Positions 55,431 through 59,725 of a DNA stretch of 59,725 nt are shown here, one piece after another (within the stretch, counting starts at the first letter, position 1; each line of letters begins with the position of its first letter). This DNA comes from Acidobacteriota bacterium (lineage in GTDB: Bacteria; Acidobacteriota; Vicinamibacteria; Vicinamibacterales; CAVVIG01). The notes under the pieces were generated by a model. That model was not told the origin of the DNA, ran no database searches, and saw only the letters and a program-made list of their open reading frames with translations. The stretch covers positions 1 through 59,725 of the forward strand of contig JAHFUI010000003.1 in the NCBI GenBank assembly GCA_023265175.1, in the 5' to 3' direction. The position numbers and the translations under genes are program-made.

Positions 55431-56468
55431 TCACTCCATGGCCCAAGGTTTCGGAATGAATAGCTGCTCGAACAGTCGCACGGCATAGCGGTCGGTCATG
55501 CCCGCGACGAAGTCCCGGGCGGCCGCATCGATGCCCTCGTGCTCGATCGTTCGCCGGTCGAGAAACTCGTCGGGGCGTTCGCAGACTTTTTCCCAGAGAC
55601 CGGAAAGGATGCCTGATGCCTTCTTGAATTCGGCTGTCGCGATGGTGTTCTCGTACACGGCGTCGAACAGAAACGTGCGCAGATCGAGGACCGCTTGCAG
55701 CACCGGCTGGCTCATGCGGATTTCGGTCATGCCGCCGGCGAGCGTTTCCGTGACCACGTCTTTCACCAGTGATCCGATGCGGGCGGATGAGGAGTCGCCC
55801 AGCGTTCGCACGGGCTCACGCGGCAAATCCTCCGGCCGCAGGAGTCCCGCACGCGTGGCGTCGTCGATGTCGTGGTTGACGTAGGCGATGAGATCGGCGA
55901 CCCGCATGATCTGACCTTCCATCGTGCTCGCGCGCAGCGCATCGCCCACAACGACCGGGGCGCCCGACTTCCCTTTCGAGTGCTTCGCGATGCCGTCGCG
56001 CACTTCCCACGTCAGATTCAGTCCGCGGCCATCGTTCTCCAGCACGTCGACGATCCGCAGGCTCTGCTCGTAGTGGCTGAAGCCGCCAGGCATGAGGCCG
56101 TCGATGACACGCTCACCGGCGTGACCGAACGGCGTATGCCCCAAATCGTGACCGAGGGTGATGGCCTCGGTGAGCTCCTCGTGCAGTCGCAGGACCTTCG
56201 CGATCGTGCGGGCGATCTGCGAGACCTCGAGCGTGTGCGTCAGACGAGTGCGGTAGTGGTCGCCGGTGGGCGCAAAAAACACCTGCGTCTTGTGCTTCAG
56301 CCGCCGAAACGCCTTGCAGTGAATAATCCGATCGCGGTCGCGCTGGAAGGCCGGACGGACCTCGTCCTCTTCTTCCCGACGGAGGCGGCCCCGCGAATCG
56401 CCGCTCTTGGCCGCCTGCGGCGCGAGGACTTCCCGCTCGCGCGCCTCGAGCTGCTCTCGTAGGGTCAT
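55431..56468 (-). CDS. dgt: dGTP triphosphohydrolase-like HD-domain protein
   Basis: FQRDRDRIIHCKAFRRLKHKTQVF and the HD motif LGHDLGHTPFGH are present. Confidence 0.85.
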   Translation of the reverse strand: MTLREQLEAREREVLAPQAAKSGDSRGRLRREEEDEVRPAFQRDRDRIIHCKAFRRLKHKTQVFFAPTGDHYRTRLTHTLEVSQIARTIAKVLRLHEELTEAITLGHDLGHTPFGHAGERVIDGLMPGGFSHYEQSLRIVDVLENDGRGLNLTWEVRDGIAKHSKGKSGAPVVVGDALRASTMEGQIMRVADLIAYVNHDIDDATRAGLLRPEDLPREPVRTLGDSSSARIGSLVKDVVTETLAGGMTEIRMSQPVLQAVLDLRTFLFDAVYENTIATAEFKKASGILSGLWEKVCERPDEFLDRRTIEHEGIDAAARDFVAGMTDRYAVRLFEQLFIPKPWAME

Positions 56469-57640
56469 GCGGTGATCTCGCCGAGAAAGCTCGTGCCGTG
56501 CGCGAGGCGACCGACGTTGAATATCTCCGCAAGAGTCTGACCCACATCGGCGAACGTACGACGCGTGCCGAGGTCCGCACCGGCGCGGACGTGCGCGCCG
56601 GTCGCGAGAAGCGGCACGTACTCTCGCGCATGATCCGTGCTCGGCGTCGTCGGATCGTTTCCATGGTCGGCTGTGAGAACCAGCATGTCGTCGTCAGCGA
56701 GTTGAGACAGCAGGCCCGCGAGACGGTGATCGAACTGCTCGAGATTGCGGGCGTAGCCTTCGACGTCGTTGCGATGGCCGTACAGGGTGTCGAAGTCGAC
56801 GAGGTTGGCGAAGATCACGCCGCGATCGATATTCACCAGTTGCCGCTCGACATGATCCATGCCTTCATCGTCGCTCGCCGTATGAATCGCGCGCGTGATG
56901 CCGCGGCCGGCGAACAGATCCTCGATCTTGCCGATGGCCACGACCGGCAAGCTCGCGGCCTTCACGCGATCGAGCAGCGTTTCGCCCGACGGCGGGAGCG
57001 CGTAATCGTGGCGGTTGGCCGTTCGCCTGAAGCGGCCGGGCGCCCCGACGAACGGACGCGCGATGACGCGGCCGACACCCAGTCCTTCTCCGACCAGCTT
57101 GTACGCGATCTCGCAGGCGCGATAGAGCTGCGTCACGGGCACGACGTCTTCGTGGGCGGCAATCTGAAAAACGCTGTCTGCCGACGTGTAGACGATGAGC
57201 GAGCCCGTCCGCATCTGCTCGGGACCGAGCTCCGCGATGATCTCGGTGCCGGACGCCGCCTTGTTGCCAATGACGGCGCGCCCCGTCTGCCGCGAGAACT
57301 CTCGAATGACCTCTGGCGAAAACCCGTCCGGAAAGACGGGAAACGGATGGCTGAGCACGATGCCCATCATCTCCCAATGACCGGTCACCGAGTCTTTGCC
57401 CGGGGATGCTTCGGCCATTCTGCCGATCGCTGCCGCGGGCGCCGCAGGAGGCAGCGGATCACCAATGACGGCGACCCGTCCCAGGCCGAGGCGGCGCAGC
57501 GTCGGTAACCGCAGCGGGATGATCCGAGCGATGTTGCCGAGGGTGTTGCTGCCTTCGTCGCCATAGGCGGACGCATCCGGCAATCCGCCGATGCCGACGC
57601 CGTCCATGACGATGACGATGGCGCGGGTGAAGGAAGGCAT
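56465..57640 (-). CDS. deoB: phosphopentomutase
   Basis: VIVMDGVGIG and the TADHGNDPT metal-binding blocks are present. The ORF is 391 aa. Confidence 0.93.
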   Translation of the reverse strand: MPSFTRAIVIVMDGVGIGGLPDASAYGDEGSNTLGNIARIIPLRLPTLRRLGLGRVAVIGDPLPPAAPAAAIGRMAEASPGKDSVTGHWEMMGIVLSHPFPVFPDGFSPEVIREFSRQTGRAVIGNKAASGTEIIAELGPEQMRTGSLIVYTSADSVFQIAAHEDVVPVTQLYRACEIAYKLVGEGLGVGRVIARPFVGAPGRFRRTANRHDYALPPSGETLLDRVKAASLPVVAIGKIEDLFAGRGITRAIHTASDDEGMDHVERQLVNIDRGVIFANLVDFDTLYGHRNDVEGYARNLEQFDHRLAGLLSQLADDDMLVLTADHGNDPTTPSTDHAREYVPLLATGAHVRAGADLGTRRTFADVGQTLAEIFNVGRLAHGTSFLGEITA

Positions 57641-58593
57641 CAGCGAAGCGGGGGCTCTCGACGGAATCGTTCGCCGATCAAGCGGTGTGCCTCGGCGATG
57701 GTCGCGGAGGACTCGCCGGGACCGTCGAGCCAGATTAGATTAGGCTCTTTGCGAAACCAGATCAACTGGCGCCTGGCGTACTGCCGGTTCTCTTGCGCGA
57801 TCAATGCGCGCGTGGACGCCTCATCGCGCACGCCGTGCAGATGCTCGAGCGCCTGGCGGTAGACGAGACCGCCAAATGGCCGGGCCGTCTCGGGGACGCC
57901 ACGCGCCAGGAGCGCGCGGATCTCATCGAGAAGTCCGCGCGCAAATTGGCCGGCCGCGCGCCGCACAACCCGTTCGGAGATCTGCGCCGCGGGCAGACGG
58001 ACACCGATCGGCAGGAAGTCGACATCGGGAAGCGGCGATCGGGTGTCCGCGAAATGCGCGGTCAGCGGCCGGCCGGTCAGAAAGAACACTTCCAGCGCTC
58101 GAACCATCCGTTTCCTGTCACGCGGCTGAATGCGCGCGGCGGACGCCGCATCCACCCGCTTCAGCAGGCGGTGGAGCGCCGCGCCGCCACGGCGCGCGGC
58201 GATTGCTTCGAGTCGCGCTCGTAAGGCCGCATCCCGGCCGGGACCGGGAAACAGCCCGCGCGTGAGGGCGCGGAAATAGAAACCGGTGCCGCCGACGACA
58301 AGCGGCAGGCGTCCGCGCTCGTGGACGGCCCGAATGGCCGCGGCCGCGTCCTGCGCGTACTGCGCGGCCGTGTATTCGCCGGTCGGCTCGACGATGTCGA
58401 TGAGGTGATGCGGGATGCCGCGCCGTTCATCGAGCGGAACCTTGTCGGTACCGATGTCGAAGCCGCGATAGACCGCAGTGGAATCGCAGTTGATGATCTC
58501 GCCCTGATGACGCTCGGCGAGCGCAAGGGCGAGCGCGCTCTTGCCGGTCGCGGTCGGTCCGAGAATCGCGACGACGAGCGGTTTCGATCCCAC
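57640..58593 (-). CDS. miaA: tRNA dimethylallyltransferase
   Basis: P-loop GPTATGKS and INCDSTAVYRGFDIGTDK are present. I place the start at GTG 58591-58593, giving 317 aa. Confidence 0.9.
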   Translation of the reverse strand: MGSKPLVVAILGPTATGKSALALALAERHQGEIINCDSTAVYRGFDIGTDKVPLDERRGIPHHLIDIVEPTGEYTAAQYAQDAAAAIRAVHERGRLPLVVGGTGFYFRALTRGLFPGPGRDAALRARLEAIAARRGGAALHRLLKRVDAASAARIQPRDRKRMVRALEVFFLTGRPLTAHFADTRSPLPDVDFLPIGVRLPAAQISERVVRRAAGQFARGLLDEIRALLARGVPETARPFGGLVYRQALEHLHGVRDEASTRALIAQENRQYARRQLIWFRKEPNLIWLDGPGESSATIAEAHRLIGERFRREPPLR

Positions 58594-58716
58594 TGTCTCA
58601 GCTATCGCAACCGCACGATCACATAGACGATGAAGACGCCGAGAATGATGAGGAGGCCGAGTTGCTGTGAACGCGTCACCGGGTTCTCTTATGAACCACA
58701 AAGGTTCCGAGGTTGT

Positions 58717-59682
58717 TCACCGTGGCGGCGCTTCGTTATAAAAAAACGTGACGGTAAAAAACGCACTGTCGGAAGGATAGGCCGGCGGCAACGGCGTGGT
58801 CGGGTTCGACGCCTTCAGCGCGCCGAATGCCGCGGTGTTGAACGAGCCGATGGGACACGGGCCGATCACCGTGACATCCGTGAGCGAACCGTCCTTGTGG
58901 ACGTAGAACGTGATGACCACGTGCCCCCTCAACGACATCGCGGCGTACGGGATCATCGGCAGCCAATTGCGCTTGACCTGCGCGATGAAGCGACGGACCC
59001 AGGGACCGAACTCGATCCCTTTCGTGTCGAACTGAATCTCCGGACCGAATTGACCGCCGCCGCCCTGCGGGTTGTCGAAGGTTTCGTTCTGCGTGAAACG
59101 CTGCAGATTTTTCAACGCCTCGCCAAGTCCTCCGCCAGGGGCCATGACGCGGCCGTTTTGGGCGGAGGGTGGACGCGCCGGGAACTGCAGCGACGCGGGT
59201 GACTCCGGCAACTTCACCGGTGACCCGCCGGCTCCTTCGGCGTCCGCCTGACGCCGGTCTTCGGCTTGTCGTGCTTCTGCCGGATCCGGCCCACGCGCAG
59301 CGGGTTGTTCCACAGTCTCCACGCGTTCGGGAGAATTGCCGCGCGAGAACGGAAGTGGATCGGGCAATTTCGGCGATTGGATCGGCGTCCGCGCCGTGCG
59401 GTCCTTGTCCGACGCTTCGCCGCGATCCGGCGGTTTGGGCGCGGTTCGATCGATCCGAGGCTGCACGAAGACGAACCGAGGCGCCCGGTCGTTCGATTCC
59501 GGTGCCAACAACGCGCGTTGGCGAGCCGCCTCCGCGTCAAAGGGAAAGAATCCAGGCAGCATCAGAATCGCGATCACCGCCATCAGGTGGACGATGATGG
59601 AGATGAGGACACCTTCGCGCCATGAGATCGCGCGCCCGATCGGCTGAATATCGGGTCGGTATTCGTCGAAATCGAGATACAT
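58717..59682 (-). CDS. energy transducer TonB-like protein
   Basis: An N-terminal TM anchor, a long Pro/Arg-rich linker and a C-terminal TonB fold (GHVVITFYVHKDGSLTDVTVIGP...AFGALKAS) are present. Confidence 0.7.
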   Translation of the reverse strand: MYLDFDEYRPDIQPIGRAISWREGVLISIIVHLMAVIAILMLPGFFPFDAEAARQRALLAPESNDRAPRFVFVQPRIDRTAPKPPDRGEASDKDRTARTPIQSPKLPDPLPFSRGNSPERVETVEQPAARGPDPAEARQAEDRRQADAEGAGGSPVKLPESPASLQFPARPPSAQNGRVMAPGGGLGEALKNLQRFTQNETFDNPQGGGGQFGPEIQFDTKGIEFGPWVRRFIAQVKRNWLPMIPYAAMSLRGHVVITFYVHKDGSLTDVTVIGPCPIGSFNTAAFGALKASNPTTPLPPAYPSDSAFFTVTFFYNEAPPR

Positions 59683-59725
59683 CAGGAGGTTACAAGCAGT
59701 ATACCAGTCGGGGGCTGGGGCCTAG

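Noticed and set aside
59683-59725. TATACT as a -10 box, and CCTCC immediately upstream of the TonB-like ATG.
   Set aside because: The window ends after 43 nt, so no -35 context is available. The CCTCC is anti-SD-like on the mRNA strand. The sequence is too short to call.

Overview
This is a 59.7-kb, high-GC (roughly 65% by hand estimate) bacterial chromosomal window. It is most likely Acidobacteriota, because it encodes TIGR03435-type and TIGR03436/VWA-type proteins; that call rests on motif recall, and no search was run. About 60 intact genes are present, almost all on the minus strand and mostly housekeeping. They include mlaFED plus YtxH/DUF948, uvrB, a GntR(YtrA)-ABC operon, greA, rarA, mutL, corA, ppdK, glyQS, phoH-ybeY-CNNM-era-recO, HDAC/DUF374, and an Fe-S oxidoreductase with etfAB. 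Also present are yceD-rpmF-plsX-fabD-fabG-acpP-fabF, dgt, deoB, miaA and a TonB-like gene. I saw no rRNA, tRNA, CRISPR array, transposase or integrase. One accessory stretch (about 34.15-44.6 kb) is a decayed island. It holds a DUF433/DUF5615 toxin-antitoxin pair, at least ten truncated, frameshifted or chimeric gene remnants, and a few intact cargo genes (VOC, pirin, retropepsin-like protease, aminotransferase fusion). I did not find a convincing novel protein-encoded system. The most unusual signal is non-coding. Four intercistronic palindromes built only from TGGTTAT(C/T) octamers fill operon-internal gaps from stop codon to start codon and, in one case, rewrite a protein C-terminus. There is also a second GC-rich repeat family (core GGGGCCCCACCCCC), one copy pair of which is absorbed into the ybeY reading frame. 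A BIME-like inverted hairpin pair shows compensatory substitutions, and several other intergenic hairpins are built from short tandem words. Further oddities are an in-frame TGA inside a CPBP protease gene and a low-GC3 patch in the 3' third of glyS. All homology calls are from motif recognition by eye, and all coordinates and counts are hand-derived.
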